In this document: in pieces, positions 36,155 through 46,636 of the stretch | How the letters are laid out: each line of letters begins with the position of its first letter | Numbering within the stretch: the first letter of the stretch is position 1 | Virus record (IMG/VR): IMGVR_UViG_3300047554_000255 | Location: 32,001 to 96,000 of that record | Length of the DNA: 64,000 nucleotides | Direction: 5' to 3' (one strand) | DNA from: a virus | Made by a program: the position numbers and the translations under genes | The notes under the pieces: generated by a model | Seen by the model: only the letters and a program-made list of their open reading frames with translations | What the model was told of the DNA's origin: nothing | Databases searched by the model: none

Positions 36155-39100
36155 CGTTGACTGATTTGTAGCTTAGTGCTTATTATCTTGAATAACATTT
36201 TGGTTGAACCACTCTTTATCTTACGTAAGAATACACGGTTTGCATAGTGTCTAAACTTCTTACGCTCAATCTCTGACTTCTTATAGTCAACATACTTTGG
36301 ATTAAGAGCTCTTGTATATCCGTTTGACGATACATTAAACATAGGAACCTCGTTACCAACAAACTCACCTCTGTTCTTTGTAATATCCCAGAACTGGTTA
36401 AAGCGGTACTTGTTCTCTTCTTTTGAATAGTTGATCTTTATGCTATCAGATTGAACCATTGGATATAGTAACAAGCTTATAGGATCATCCTTTCTCTTTA
36501 AGTTAAGGTCTAAGTAACCTGATACTTGTTCTGAATTATATACTAAAGCTCTATCAAAGTTATCATCAAGAAGATGGAACTTATCATTACCATCATTTAG
36601 ATACTTAAAGCACTCAAGAATGTACTCAACGTTCTTAACAGTAGCTACATTAACACCTGTTGATGCTACATACTCTACTTCAAATGGATAATCAACACCA
36701 TAGAAGTTACAGTATAAGTCAGTTCTGCTGTTATGTCTCCATACACCTTTATCTTGTACAGTCAAGAATGAACTTCTTGCTGGAATAATAAAGTTAGGAT
36801 GCCAGTCATGGATTGATATAAACTGTTCGTTCTTAACATCATAACTCATTGTCCAAGATGCATTCTCAAAATGTAATGGATCTCCAAGAGTTACAGCAGT
36901 CTTTGTTTGTTTAACAACGCCATTATCAATAAACTCTTCTCCTAGTGTGTAGAATCCATTTATTGTGTCGTACTTAAGATCTTTGTTTATTGGCTTGTAA
37001 TCCTTTTTAGTAATGTATAAGATCTCATTAGTATTATCATAGGACATGTTACAACCAACACCAATAAGAGGATTATCGTAGTGAGCAAAGTTTGGAAAAG
37101 CTTTGAGCAACTGTGAAGGAAGATACTTAGCAAACCACCACTTGTTGCCGTTTCTTGAGATTTCTTTATACTGTCCCGCATACTGGAATATTTTACCTTG
37201 TTCCTGAGATACCCAGAATACACCAGCTGGTATACCAACAATAGCATACTTACTCTGACATGAGCCATATTGGTACTCATCATCAGTATTCATAATGTTT
37301 CTCATTGGTTGGTTAAATAAACCTCCATCTCCAACGGTAATCTTGATACCTGCATCTGTTTGTAGTGAGTCAACACCTTGAATCATTATTGGTGATTCAT
37401 TCTCTAACATAATAAGGGCTCCTGTGTGACCAACAGACTTTAAAGCTGTTACTCTACCACTCATATCAATGTAGTTGTTAGGTAAGAAACGCACCCAGTT
37501 ATCTTGCATTTGCTCTTGCTCTTGTGGAAGAGAATACATAATTCTGTTTGGTGAGTAACTATAACATTGCTCAGCTACTTTTGGATCGTAGCTACGAGGC
37601 TGCATTGATCCCCAACTAACATAGTTGTTGTATAACTTAGATACACTAAGAGAGTAATCATACTTGTAGTAGTTACCCTTCTTCATAATGTCTGATCTAA
37701 ACATTGATGTAAGATCAGTATACTTATCCGGATCGTAGTGACGCTTATCAGGAGTCTCATCCCAATCGCGATATGCTAAGTTTACTTCTGACTCTACAAA
37801 GAAGTCTCTAACCCCATTACAGAATAAGTAGAAGTGCCCTCTGTTAACATAAGAATCAACCTCATGTCTATCGTCAAGGTGTGAGAACGCTGTTGTACCA
37901 TCTGTTACTAAACGTTTTGCATCTGTATTCTCTAACCAATATCTTGGGTAAGCAACAGACATTCTTGCACGATAGTCATATAACAACTCATCTTGTTGAT
38001 CATACAACCAATCATGGAAGAATAAGAACGGATTCTTTTCTGTGTAACGACCAATGTAAATATCTCCACCAAATAATACATCAGTTGAATAAACCTTTGT
38101 TTTATCTGGTTGAGTTTGATATACACATGTATATACAGGAACTTGCTTGATAGATTCTAGCTGACCATACTGAGATGGAAACGCTGATTTAATGGCACCG
38201 TAGTATCCTGAGATCGCAGATTTAACCGTTGTATTAAGATCAGTCTGTAACTGTGTCTTTGTGTTTCTACTAGTGTCAACTATTTTTGGAGCATCAAACT
38301 CACGAGTTGTATTAACTAATACATACTTACCTCTATGCAAGTTATTGATTCTATACTCATTGTAAGACTGTAAGTTGTCTCCGATATAGAAAGCATCAGC
38401 TACTTTTCTACGAGCATTATCAACACCTGTGTTAATACTGTAGTTGCTATAGAATCCATGTGAGTCATACTGTGTTGCAAACTGACGCTTTGGTATCATG
38501 CTTGCAACAACGTTTATTACCTTTTCACTGTATTGATCTTTTAATAACTTAGCAGCATAGATTAAAGCAACAACGTTTGCTGTATAGATAGCAAGGTTTG
38601 CAACATAAGCAGCAATTGATATAGCAGTTGTTACAGCACCTGTAGCACCAAAAGCATCTGAAGCAGCAGCAGGAGGAGCTGGAGTTGGAACACCGCCACC
38701 TAAAGAGAACTCGAACGGCTCACCTTCTGTACCGCCAAACTTAATAGTTTTCGCCGCATTCGTAAGGAGATTAGTTGCAATAAGAGTACTAAGTAGATTA
38801 TCAATAGTTCCTTTTGCAGCTTCACTTAAAAGCTTAAACTGTGGGTGTTTGTATACATACTTGAAAGATCCTTCAGATGTACCATATACTTCACTATAAA
38901 CCTTAAGTTCAGATGCTGAAAGATATGGTTTAGAGAATGATGTATCAGGACTATGGAAAGAGAACATGTCTTTTCTATATTCCTTAAGACCATCTTCTAA
39001 ACGATTGTTTCTTGCACCACGATCAATAAAGCTCTTGTTTGACGTTAAGAAAAGATCTTCTCTTAAGTCATTGTATGGATAGTTCTGATACAAACCTTTT

Positions 39101-40749
39101 ACTCCTGGTTGATCAGGCATATCATGTTGACGCATGTTGTTTAATAAACCCTTTGCAACAACAGTCTTATTACCTTCTCTTGAACCTCTAAGGATCTCAT
39201 ATCCAATAATATCATTTAATGGATTACCAGCATTATCTACTGGTACAGAGATATTCTCAAACTTAACTCCAAGAATACGTATCTTATCACCACCTTGTGA
39301 CTGATGATATACTTGTTCAGCTAATGAGTTATCAGGAAACTTATGATGTCTAATCTTTTCTCCACATAAGTTACCCCAAATCTCTGGTTTATTATCTGGA
39401 TAAATCTCTGTAGATTCCCAGAAACCCATCTCTCCTTCAGCAATAACAACACCACCGTCTGCACGTGGTGTATTAGGAACAGATAAAACCTCAGCTGTGT
39501 TCTTTACTTTCCATACTTCGGGTGAATCATCTCCTTCAATAGCACTTGCATCTGCAGAGAATAAGTAATTACGCTCATCTGTACGAGGAGCTCTACCAGG
39601 AATATGGTATGATGCTGACTTATCACCTGTATTGTATATCCATCTGATAAAGAAAGCATACTGCTCATCTCTCATGTATCCTGTATTGTTACCACCTTTT
39701 AAGTAATAGTTTGCAGGATACTCAACACTTGCCCACTTAGTTTGGATCTTATTAGCTAATGGTTGATAATTAAAGTCAAACTTACTTTGTATACCAACTC
39801 TAACAAGATAGTTGTTTAATCTAAATGTTGCATCAGATGATTCAATCGCTGGAGTTACTAATGGAATAAGTTCAAGTGGTACTGTAATAAGATCTGGTTC
39901 AACAGAATCAATATACACACGGTTCTGATTAACTGAGTATATACCTAATCTTTTGGCCGTAGTTTGATTATTTACTACTGAGATGAGTACTAACTCAAAC
40001 TCATCAAAATCTTGGTCTGTATTCGAGATATCAACGGTTAAACTACCCCCTTCTCCATCATGATCAAACAAACCTTGTACTTCAGATACAACAAGATAGT
40101 CAGTAACACGAATACTATTGATTGAATAAGCAATCGCTACTTGATAAGAACCATTACGTAATGTACCAGCAGCTTTACCTTTCTCAATATTAACACATGG
40201 TATAGTTAAGATTTGAGCAAGACGCATCTGCTCAACGTCAAGAACTCCTGTTGATTGTTCAATGTAGCACTCGCCTTGCTTTACTTTCTTTGTAACATAA
40301 GGAACATTATCAAGATCTAATACACGAGATGGATTACGACGACCATCATCAAAGTATACTTTATATCCGCAATCAAATCCTTTACGAGATGCTCCTGTGA
40401 TAAGATTGTTCTTATGAAAGTTTAACCCACGGTCATTAACAACAGTCTTGTATGTTCCAAGGTTAGCATCAAAGATACCAATCTCAGAATCAACGTTGTC
40501 AGTTGTAAATAAAGCCCATGTACCATCTGTAATAGGTATAGAACCAATAAGTGTATATGGTAAGTCAACTGTATGTAGGTTAGCTGGCTCATTACCAAGA
40601 ACACCAACTTGCCCATCATGTGAGTTGTTGACAGCGTTTCGTGCATGCAACCATACGCCTTCACCAACGAAGGTTTCGTTAAGGTCTTTCATCATACCTT
40701 TTGAGAAGGTATTGATTACACTAGCGTTATCTTTTGGTGATGTTGCCAT
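36151..40749 (-). CDS. tail stabilisation/muzzle protein (crAss Tstab, P22 gp10-like)
   Basis: 1532 aa. N-terminal NTFSKGMMKD..., GYMRDEQYAF motif and beta-propeller-like C-terminus. It lies directly downstream of the ring-protein genes. Confidence 0.8.
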   Translation of the reverse strand: MATSPKDNASVINTFSKGMMKDLNETFVGEGVWLHARNAVNNSHDGQVGVLGNEPANLHTVDLPYTLIGSIPITDGTWALFTTDNVDSEIGIFDANLGTYKTVVNDRGLNFHKNNLITGASRKGFDCGYKVYFDDGRRNPSRVLDLDNVPYVTKKVKQGECYIEQSTGVLDVEQMRLAQILTIPCVNIEKGKAAGTLRNGSYQVAIAYSINSIRVTDYLVVSEVQGLFDHDGEGGSLTVDISNTDQDFDEFELVLISVVNNQTTAKRLGIYSVNQNRVYIDSVEPDLITVPLELIPLVTPAIESSDATFRLNNYLVRVGIQSKFDFNYQPLANKIQTKWASVEYPANYYLKGGNNTGYMRDEQYAFFIRWIYNTGDKSASYHIPGRAPRTDERNYLFSADASAIEGDDSPEVWKVKNTAEVLSVPNTPRADGGVVIAEGEMGFWESTEIYPDNKPEIWGNLCGEKIRHHKFPDNSLAEQVYHQSQGGDKIRILGVKFENISVPVDNAGNPLNDIIGYEILRGSREGNKTVVAKGLLNNMRQHDMPDQPGVKGLYQNYPYNDLREDLFLTSNKSFIDRGARNNRLEDGLKEYRKDMFSFHSPDTSFSKPYLSASELKVYSEVYGTSEGSFKYVYKHPQFKLLSEAAKGTIDNLLSTLIATNLLTNAAKTIKFGGTEGEPFEFSLGGGVPTPAPPAAASDAFGATGAVTTAISIAAYVANLAIYTANVVALIYAAKLLKDQYSEKVINVVASMIPKRQFATQYDSHGFYSNYSINTGVDNARRKVADAFYIGDNLQSYNEYRINNLHRGKYVLVNTTREFDAPKIVDTSRNTKTQLQTDLNTTVKSAISGYYGAIKSAFPSQYGQLESIKQVPVYTCVYQTQPDKTKVYSTDVLFGGDIYIGRYTEKNPFLFFHDWLYDQQDELLYDYRARMSVAYPRYWLENTDAKRLVTDGTTAFSHLDDRHEVDSYVNRGHFYLFCNGVRDFFVESEVNLAYRDWDETPDKRHYDPDKYTDLTSMFRSDIMKKGNYYKYDYSLSVSKLYNNYVSWGSMQPRSYDPKVAEQCYSYSPNRIMYSLPQEQEQMQDNWVRFLPNNYIDMSGRVTALKSVGHTGALIMLENESPIMIQGVDSLQTDAGIKITVGDGGLFNQPMRNIMNTDDEYQYGSCQSKYAIVGIPAGVFWVSQEQGKIFQYAGQYKEISRNGNKWWFAKYLPSQLLKAFPNFAHYDNPLIGVGCNMSYDNTNEILYITKKDYKPINKDLKYDTINGFYTLGEEFIDNGVVKQTKTAVTLGDPLHFENASWTMSYDVKNEQFISIHDWHPNFIIPARSSFLTVQDKGVWRHNSRTDLYCNFYGVDYPFEVEYVASTGVNVATVKNVEYILECFKYLNDGNDKFHLLDDNFDRALVYNSEQVSGYLDLNLKRKDDPISLLLYPMVQSDSIKINYSKEENKYRFNQFWDITKNRGEFVGNEVPMFNVSSNGYTRALNPKYVDYKKSEIERKKFRHYANRVFLRKIKSGSTKMLFKIISTKLQISQR

Positions 40750-41660
40750 TACTTAAAGGTAGTATTTGAAGCTGAACTAAACATTGCATAGTATCTATTG
40801 TATTGAGCTTTTCTGTTCTTAGCCCATAGATCATGCATCTCCTGGAAGTTAGGAGTATTAACTATCGATAAAGCGTTATTTCTTGCAGCTCTATACAACG
40901 GTTCAATAAGTTGAATCTGATTAGTAACGGTATTCTCACCGTTCATAAACAAGTTTTCAAGAATACGTTTCTTTAAAGCATACTCATAGTATTCGTTAAT
41001 CATTGGATGATCAAGAACTAATAAGTTACCATCTTCGTCTTCTAATGATCCTTCGTAGTTTATGTAGATCTTACCCTCTGTTAGATTAGTATGAATAAAA
41101 CCATTCTTGATCTCTGCTCTCCAAGCTGTGCTATCTCCTGCAAGCCCCATACTTTGAGCGTAACGAGATAAAAACTTACTTGGGTTCATATGTACTCTTT
41201 CGAAGTGATCGTAGATTCTAACCTCGTTTCTGATCTTCTCAACAAGTATTACCTCTCCACAGTTGTCACCATTTTGTTGAGTTGATGTAGTATATGTATT
41301 ACTACATCCACAAACAGTAGCTTCAGAACCACATGATGCACAAACACTAGGGTCAACAACAAGACTCAACTCTTCTGTTTGACGACCTGCCATTACAGGA
41401 GTCTTTACTTTATACTGACCTAACAACATTGCATTGTTAAGCACATAGAAGTCAAGAGGTAAGCGAGCTTTTCCTTTTGTAATCTCAAGCACTGTCTCTT
41501 TTGTCTTATTGATACGAAGACCAAGATCATAAGAAACACGTTGAGCAACTTTGATAAGATCAGCTGGCTCGATCATCCCCTCAAGATTATACATACGAAA
41601 GTCAGATGACACGGATGCCATCAACTCGTCAAAGGTGCGATATTGTAAGTCAGTATTCAT
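40749..41660 (-). CDS. tail tubular/ring protein (crAss Ttub)
   Basis: GKARLPLDF...IKNGFIHTN...GKIYINY...DEDGNLLV, with a Cys-rich insertion (CASC...CGC...NC). Confidence 0.75.
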   Translation of the reverse strand: MNTDLQYRTFDELMASVSSDFRMYNLEGMIEPADLIKVAQRVSYDLGLRINKTKETVLEITKGKARLPLDFYVLNNAMLLGQYKVKTPVMAGRQTEELSLVVDPSVCASCGSEATVCGCSNTYTTSTQQNGDNCGEVILVEKIRNEVRIYDHFERVHMNPSKFLSRYAQSMGLAGDSTAWRAEIKNGFIHTNLTEGKIYINYEGSLEDEDGNLLVLDHPMINEYYEYALKKRILENLFMNGENTVTNQIQLIEPLYRAARNNALSIVNTPNFQEMHDLWAKNRKAQYNRYYAMFSSASNTTFK

Positions 41661-42337
41661 TATCTAAAGTTGCTTTGTTTATCAGCAGATACATCAGATG
41701 GTATCTGTAAAGTTATACCGAAGTCTTTCATTACGTTTGACTCAATCTCACCATGTAAGAAGTCAGGAACGTTAAACGGTTCTAGTTGTCTGAAGTTGCA
41801 GTCATCAGAAGGATCACAGTTCCAACATCCAACACTATCTTCAAAAGCGGCTTCAATCTTTACAGCATCCCAATCAAGATCTGGAAAGTATAAGTAGTCA
41901 TTCAAGAACCAGAAGTACTTTGTTTTATTATACTTATAGTTCTTCTGCTTTGCAATATTCAAGAACGTTCCTGGAGTTGTTGCTTGTAATGATTCACTGC
42001 CGTCAATAGATGTTATTGAACGAATCAATGGTCCCCAGTATCCTTGCATGAATGCAGGTATCTTTGCTTTTGTGCGTCTAAAGGTAAGACCAGATTTAAT
42101 ACCTGTACACTGTGCCTCAACACGATCAATCTCAACAAGCTCAACATAGTCGAGTGTTTGAAAGATAGAAGAGAAAGACATAATCTTATTCTTTCCGTCT
42201 TCACGCTTCATTAACCACTTAGCATGTTTACTAATAAGACTATAAATAAAACGATCAGTTAAAAAGGCGTCTGATTTGACAGCCTTTAACTGATTACGTA
42301 CTCGTGAGATAACTTCTCCAATAGTGGTTCTTGCCAT
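41660..42337 (-). CDS. tail ring/adaptor protein
   Basis: 225 aa; synteny between the IHF-like and Ttub genes, with YFWFLNDYLY...AAFED. Confidence 0.65.
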   Translation of the reverse strand: MARTTIGEVISRVRNQLKAVKSDAFLTDRFIYSLISKHAKWLMKREDGKNKIMSFSSIFQTLDYVELVEIDRVEAQCTGIKSGLTFRRTKAKIPAFMQGYWGPLIRSITSIDGSESLQATTPGTFLNIAKQKNYKYNKTKYFWFLNDYLYFPDLDWDAVKIEAAFEDSVGCWNCDPSDDCNFRQLEPFNVPDFLHGEIESNVMKDFGITLQIPSDVSADKQSNFR

Positions 42338-42344
42338 GATTGTA

Positions 42345-42929
42345 TTAATCTAAGTCGAACTCATCATAGTTAATGAGGTCTTCAGCTGTTTTCTTATCTT
42401 GTAGATCCTTTCGATTTGATATACGAAACATTCTAGAGACCTGTTGAAAGTTATCGACCACGGGATACTTCTTCCACTCAATCGGATAAGTCTTTGCAAC
42501 AGTACGTTTAAAGTCTCGGACACCAGTAAAGCCCCACATGTGATGAAACTTAAACCTATACTTGACTTCAAAGTTGGTATAGAAGATCTTTGCTACGAAC
42601 TGATCTGACTCCCAGTTTTGTCTTTGTACTTTGACACCATAGATAGCAGACTTCTGATAGTCAGTATTATCTGTAACCTTTCGTTTACATGTACCAATGA
42701 ATAAATAACCAAGATGTTCTGGTAGTTCTACCCCATCTCTATTATCTATAACTGTTTCCCAGAGCTTGCCGTTTATTGCAATAACGATCTCTTTATACTC
42801 TTGGTATGTTAAAGAACGATACTTTGGATTCTTCTGTAAGAAGTTTCTGTAAGTATCCTGACTAAGTATGTTTAGTTTCTTTGGACGATACCGAGGAGCG
42901 TTTAAATCTGGTTGTTTATATACCTTCAT
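42345..42929 (-). CDS. IHF/HU-like protein of the crAss tail module
   Basis: Basic 194-aa protein with GVELPEHLGYLFIG; synteny with the ring and muzzle genes. Confidence 0.55.
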   Translation of the reverse strand: MKVYKQPDLNAPRYRPKKLNILSQDTYRNFLQKNPKYRSLTYQEYKEIVIAINGKLWETVIDNRDGVELPEHLGYLFIGTCKRKVTDNTDYQKSAIYGVKVQRQNWESDQFVAKIFYTNFEVKYRFKFHHMWGFTGVRDFKRTVAKTYPIEWKKYPVVDNFQQVSRMFRISNRKDLQDKKTAEDLINYDEFDLD

Positions 42930-42941
42930 ATAGAGGCTCTT

Positions 42942-42956
42942 CTACTAATAATTTAC
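42942..42956 (-). promoter_or_regulatory. putative phage late promoter GTAAATTATTAGTAG
   Basis: Variant of the repeated intergenic motif, 12 nt upstream of the ATG at 42929. Confidence 0.55.
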
Positions 42957-42975
42957 AAAAAATCTGCCAAGTTTC

Positions 42976-44250
42976 CTATGAAAACATGATGTTCCCTTCA
43001 AGTATACGTTCTGTATACTTCTCAACAATCTCATAACTACAACCTGGTCTGTTAGGTCCAAAGTTTGTTCCTATCCACTTACTGCCTCCAAATAAAGACA
43101 ATACGTTACGGTATCTGAATCCATAAGCTCCTTGACTAGCTGACATATGAAGATCTCCTTTAACTAAAGATACGTAGGATGTATCTGGATCAATCTTATT
43201 ATACATCAAATACTTACGTAAGTAATTCTCAACCTTATCGTTTAGATGTAATGGTAAACCATGCTTCATATCAGCATCATCTTTACCATGAGTAAACATA
43301 AAACAATGATCTCCATACTGTACATGTTCAATAAATCTCTGAAAGATCTTTGTACTTACTTGTGGATACTTTGTATTTACATATATCTCTAAAGCTCTAT
43401 TAACCATATAGTCGAAGTCACCACCATGGTTTGAGTTAGCATTCTGATAAACGTGATAGTTGTTTGCTACATCTGATGCAATCACTGAGTCTATAAACTC
43501 TTTTTCTGCTTCAACTGCTACTTCAAATGCTTCGCGGTTATTCATATTCTGAGGAAGTTTGTGACCACCTCTAGTTGTATAACCATCAAGACCATCCATC
43601 TTATCTCCCAAATCGATAATGAATACGTCCTCGAACTTGCCGAATATACTTTTCTGATAATGTATTTCATGTAATACTTCTGCTAAACGTTTTTTGTATA
43701 CCGTTTTATCATATGAGTTTGCATACATAGCAACCCCACCAACATATGCAGCGATATGTCTGTCAGATAAATAAACAAATAATGCTTTTTGATTTGATAT
43801 CGTTGGATAGAGAGTGACAGGTTTAAAGTTTTTGTCTTGGAATACTCTCGCGATTATGTGCTCTGCGTCTTCTATTGATAAGTCGCCGTCTTTTTTCTTT
43901 ACTACTAATGCTGATACTAACCAGCCGTTTTTCTTTTGTTTGTTCCAGAATCGATTAAGCTCCCACTTTGATAAATCGATCTTTAATACTCTAATGATCT
44001 CTTCTGCTGATTGAGGTTGTTCTGTTGTAGTACCTGTTATCTTTGCAGTACCATCCTTTACGTTCTCTTCAATCTCAATATCGTAAGCTAAGTCAGGGGC
44101 ATCTGGATTGAACTTCTGGTCTAAAAGGACTTGTCGTTTTAACTTCTTGTATTGTAGAAGTGATAGTCCTAGTTTGTCAGCACAATAGGCATTACTCTTC
44201 TTCCAGGTAATGCTCTGTGCTACTAATTCATTGATTGATTTAGTACTCAT
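42976..44250 (-). CDS. calcineurin-like metallophosphoesterase with N-terminal HTH-like segment
   Basis: SDRH, LGDKMDG, NSNHG, THG and GDLH motifs. The N-terminal YCADKLGLS resembles an HTH. Confidence 0.8.
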   Translation of the reverse strand: MSTKSINELVAQSITWKKSNAYCADKLGLSLLQYKKLKRQVLLDQKFNPDAPDLAYDIEIEENVKDGTAKITGTTTEQPQSAEEIIRVLKIDLSKWELNRFWNKQKKNGWLVSALVVKKKDGDLSIEDAEHIIARVFQDKNFKPVTLYPTISNQKALFVYLSDRHIAAYVGGVAMYANSYDKTVYKKRLAEVLHEIHYQKSIFGKFEDVFIIDLGDKMDGLDGYTTRGGHKLPQNMNNREAFEVAVEAEKEFIDSVIASDVANNYHVYQNANSNHGGDFDYMVNRALEIYVNTKYPQVSTKIFQRFIEHVQYGDHCFMFTHGKDDADMKHGLPLHLNDKVENYLRKYLMYNKIDPDTSYVSLVKGDLHMSASQGAYGFRYRNVLSLFGGSKWIGTNFGPNRPGCSYEIVEKYTERILEGNIMFS

Positions 44251-44335
44251 AAGTTACTGTTTTGTTGTTAGTTACACTTATGGAAGATAAAACTGCTAAA
44301 AATATTCCATACTTCCAAGCTTTTGTTAGTTTAAT

Positions 44336-44372
44336 ACAAAATAAAGACCCCCGCCATTTCTAGCAAGGGGTC
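44336..44372 (-). terminator. intrinsic terminator with GAAA tetraloop
   Basis: The - strand reads GACCCCTTGCTA-GAAA-TGGCGGGGGTC-TTTATTTTGT. The G:U pairs fix the strand. Confidence 0.8.
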
Positions 44373-44413
44373 CCGTTTGTCAGAAGAAAACCAACAAAAC
44401 TTCAGACAATGTC

Positions 44414-45376
44414 TTATGAACCAGGTGATGTATCCGATATAGGAAGAGTAATGCTCTTTGTTATACCTGGTGATGTTAATGTCAATAAAAAGTTTTCGAC
44501 TCCTTCTGTTGTTACATCGTTTACGAATGTAAAGACCTTTGAAGCTGTACCATTATTAACTGTGAATGTTCCTGTTAATCCTGCAGAACCAACTGATAAG
44601 TCAGCAGACTGAATACCAGTCACCTCATAGTTAATGTTTGTTCCGTTAGATACGTTTGTTGTTGTTAATACAACAGTAATCGTTTGACCTTCAGCTCCTA
44701 CGTTTGTTTGTGTACCGTAGATATAAGCTTTAAGATCGTATGTTGGAGTTAGTGTACCGCCACCAACTGCACATCCTAATGTTACTTGCCAGCTATCTGT
44801 GATTGTTGCATGTCCAGCATGCTCAACAACAAGATAAAAGAAGCGACCATCGCCTGATGCTTTCGGAAACGTTAATGTTCCTGAAATGTCTGTATTCAAA
44901 GAAGATCCCCAAGGACCAGCGTAATCTGCAACACCAACCCAGTTTGAGTTAGCAACTATATTATTATCTGAGTTATATACAGTAAATCTATTTGGTGTAT
45001 CGTTTGCTATATAGTTTAAAGATATACTTGTTGATGATGAGTTGTCAACATCAATAAGTTCTTTTGGATAGATATAAAAGCTAGGAGATAACTTACTTCT
45101 AACAAGTATGTTTGAACACTTAGTTGATGATAGTGCAGGTACTGACCATAGTGTTGAAGAACTATAATCATTGTTACCACAACTGTTCTCTATAGTACCT
45201 TCAACTGCAACACACATTGGGATGTTTGGTAATACTACTGGTGAACTTGTATAGGTGCCAGCAATAATATAGTTTGCACTACCAACGTTTCTCCAACGTA
45301 CTCTGTATCCGTTTGCAGGAGCAGGAGTAGATGGGTTAAAGTTAATCGTTATAGTTCTAGTAACAGGGCAAGCCAT
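44414..45376 (-). CDS. virion surface protein, FN3-like + Calx-beta/Ig-like domains (likely start MACPV at 45376)
   Basis: ANGYRVRWR..., and a C-terminal EGQTITVVL...VNDVTTEGVENFLLTL module. Confidence 0.6.
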   Translation of the reverse strand: MACPVTRTITINFNPSTPAPANGYRVRWRNVGSANYIIAGTYTSSPVVLPNIPMCVAVEGTIENSCGNNDYSSSTLWSVPALSSTKCSNILVRSKLSPSFYIYPKELIDVDNSSSTSISLNYIANDTPNRFTVYNSDNNIVANSNWVGVADYAGPWGSSLNTDISGTLTFPKASGDGRFFYLVVEHAGHATITDSWQVTLGCAVGGGTLTPTYDLKAYIYGTQTNVGAEGQTITVVLTTTNVSNGTNINYEVTGIQSADLSVGSAGLTGTFTVNNGTASKVFTFVNDVTTEGVENFLLTLTSPGITKSITLPISDTSPGS

Positions 45377-45378
45377 AA

Positions 45379-46371
45379 TTAACAAGTAGGAGTTGTAGGG
45401 CAGAATACTAAACCTGCAGTATTACTAACTGCACAGTTAAAGGTAATATCTTCAGGAACACAGTTTGCTTGACCACAATCAACAACATCGTACTTAGTAT
45501 AATCTAAGTATGCCGTTGCTTGTCCAGCTGGAATAGTAATCGTTTGAGTATATACAGGATCAACACCGCCCCAACACTGATTATACGTAAATCGTAGTAC
45601 TACATCTGTTGATGATGTTCTGGTAGTGTTTATACCGTTTTGATCTTTTATAGTTGCACGTACTCTGTTTGTGATTCTATTATAACTTGTTGATGGATTA
45701 GTACCAGTACACTCCTGTTGACTATCGTTTAACCATCCATCTTCTACAAGAATACATGTAGGTACAGGAGTTGGTTGACTACCGCCTGAGATAGATGTAT
45801 CAACAATAGTACAAGAAACACTTGCACTTAAACCATCAAGTGATAACGTAAAGGTTTCGTTACCTTCTGTTGTTAAGTCAGCAGCAATAGCAAAAGACTT
45901 AGTATCACTATGCCCTGTATTCTCAATAACAAAGTTTCCAGCAAGTGGTGCAGATCCTGGACCTAAATCAGCAAGCTGTAAACCAGTTACTGTATAAGGT
46001 ACTTGAGTATTGTATGCAACATTCTCTGTTACAAGTTTTACTAATATAACAGATCCTTCGTTTGCAGTAGTAATAGGATAACCATTACCATCTGTAATAC
46101 TTAATGTATAACCTGGAGAACCTGGCGTTGGAGGTGTTACTTGACTACCTGTTGTAAAATTAGTTTTTGCACCTGTTGTACCTGCACAATCAACTTGAAT
46201 ATAACCTTCGTATTGAGCTGTTGGATCAACACCAGTAATAACAGCTGGACTAGAAAAGATATTTGCAGGTAAGAAACTATAAGAAGAATCTGTAGTTTTC
46301 TTATAAGCTACCTTATATCCTAGCACTGGTACAGTACCGTTAATAATAAAGTTGACTGTTAATGTTGCCAT
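45379..46371 (-). CDS. virion surface protein, FN3-like + Calx-beta/Ig-like domains
   Basis: GYKVAYKK..., and a NEGSVILV...AADLTTEGNETFTLSL module paralogous to the neighbouring gene. Confidence 0.6.
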   Translation of the reverse strand: MATLTVNFIINGTVPVLGYKVAYKKTTDSSYSFLPANIFSSPAVITGVDPTAQYEGYIQVDCAGTTGAKTNFTTGSQVTPPTPGSPGYTLSITDGNGYPITTANEGSVILVKLVTENVAYNTQVPYTVTGLQLADLGPGSAPLAGNFVIENTGHSDTKSFAIAADLTTEGNETFTLSLDGLSASVSCTIVDTSISGGSQPTPVPTCILVEDGWLNDSQQECTGTNPSTSYNRITNRVRATIKDQNGINTTRTSSTDVVLRFTYNQCWGGVDPVYTQTITIPAGQATAYLDYTKYDVVDCGQANCVPEDITFNCAVSNTAGLVFCPTTPTC

Positions 46372-46634
46372 TAGTAAGTATTACCAGCTGAGATTGAACT
46401 AAAAGGAGTTGGGTTTGTGTAAGTTGTTACACCATTCGTAACACAGATACCCTCAATTGTACCCTCGTATAAAACTGTATTATCGTTTATAGGGATTGTA
46501 ATAACGTTTCCTGCACCAGTATGGATGTATTCTGTGTAACCAGTTGTCCCTACTTTTCTATACCGTATACGTAAACCTCCTGAAAAGTTAGAAGGTGACG
46601 TAGTTAATGATATAGTTAAGAATCCGTTAGCCAT
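46371..46634 (-). CDS. small FN3-like virion protein
   Basis: 87 aa; LRIRYRKVG...YEGTIEGIC resembles the N-domains of the two downstream genes. Confidence 0.55.
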   Translation of the reverse strand: MANGFLTISLTTSPSNFSGGLRIRYRKVGTTGYTEYIHTGAGNVITIPINDNTVLYEGTIEGICVTNGVTTYTNPTPFSSISAGNTY

Positions 46635-46636
46635 TA

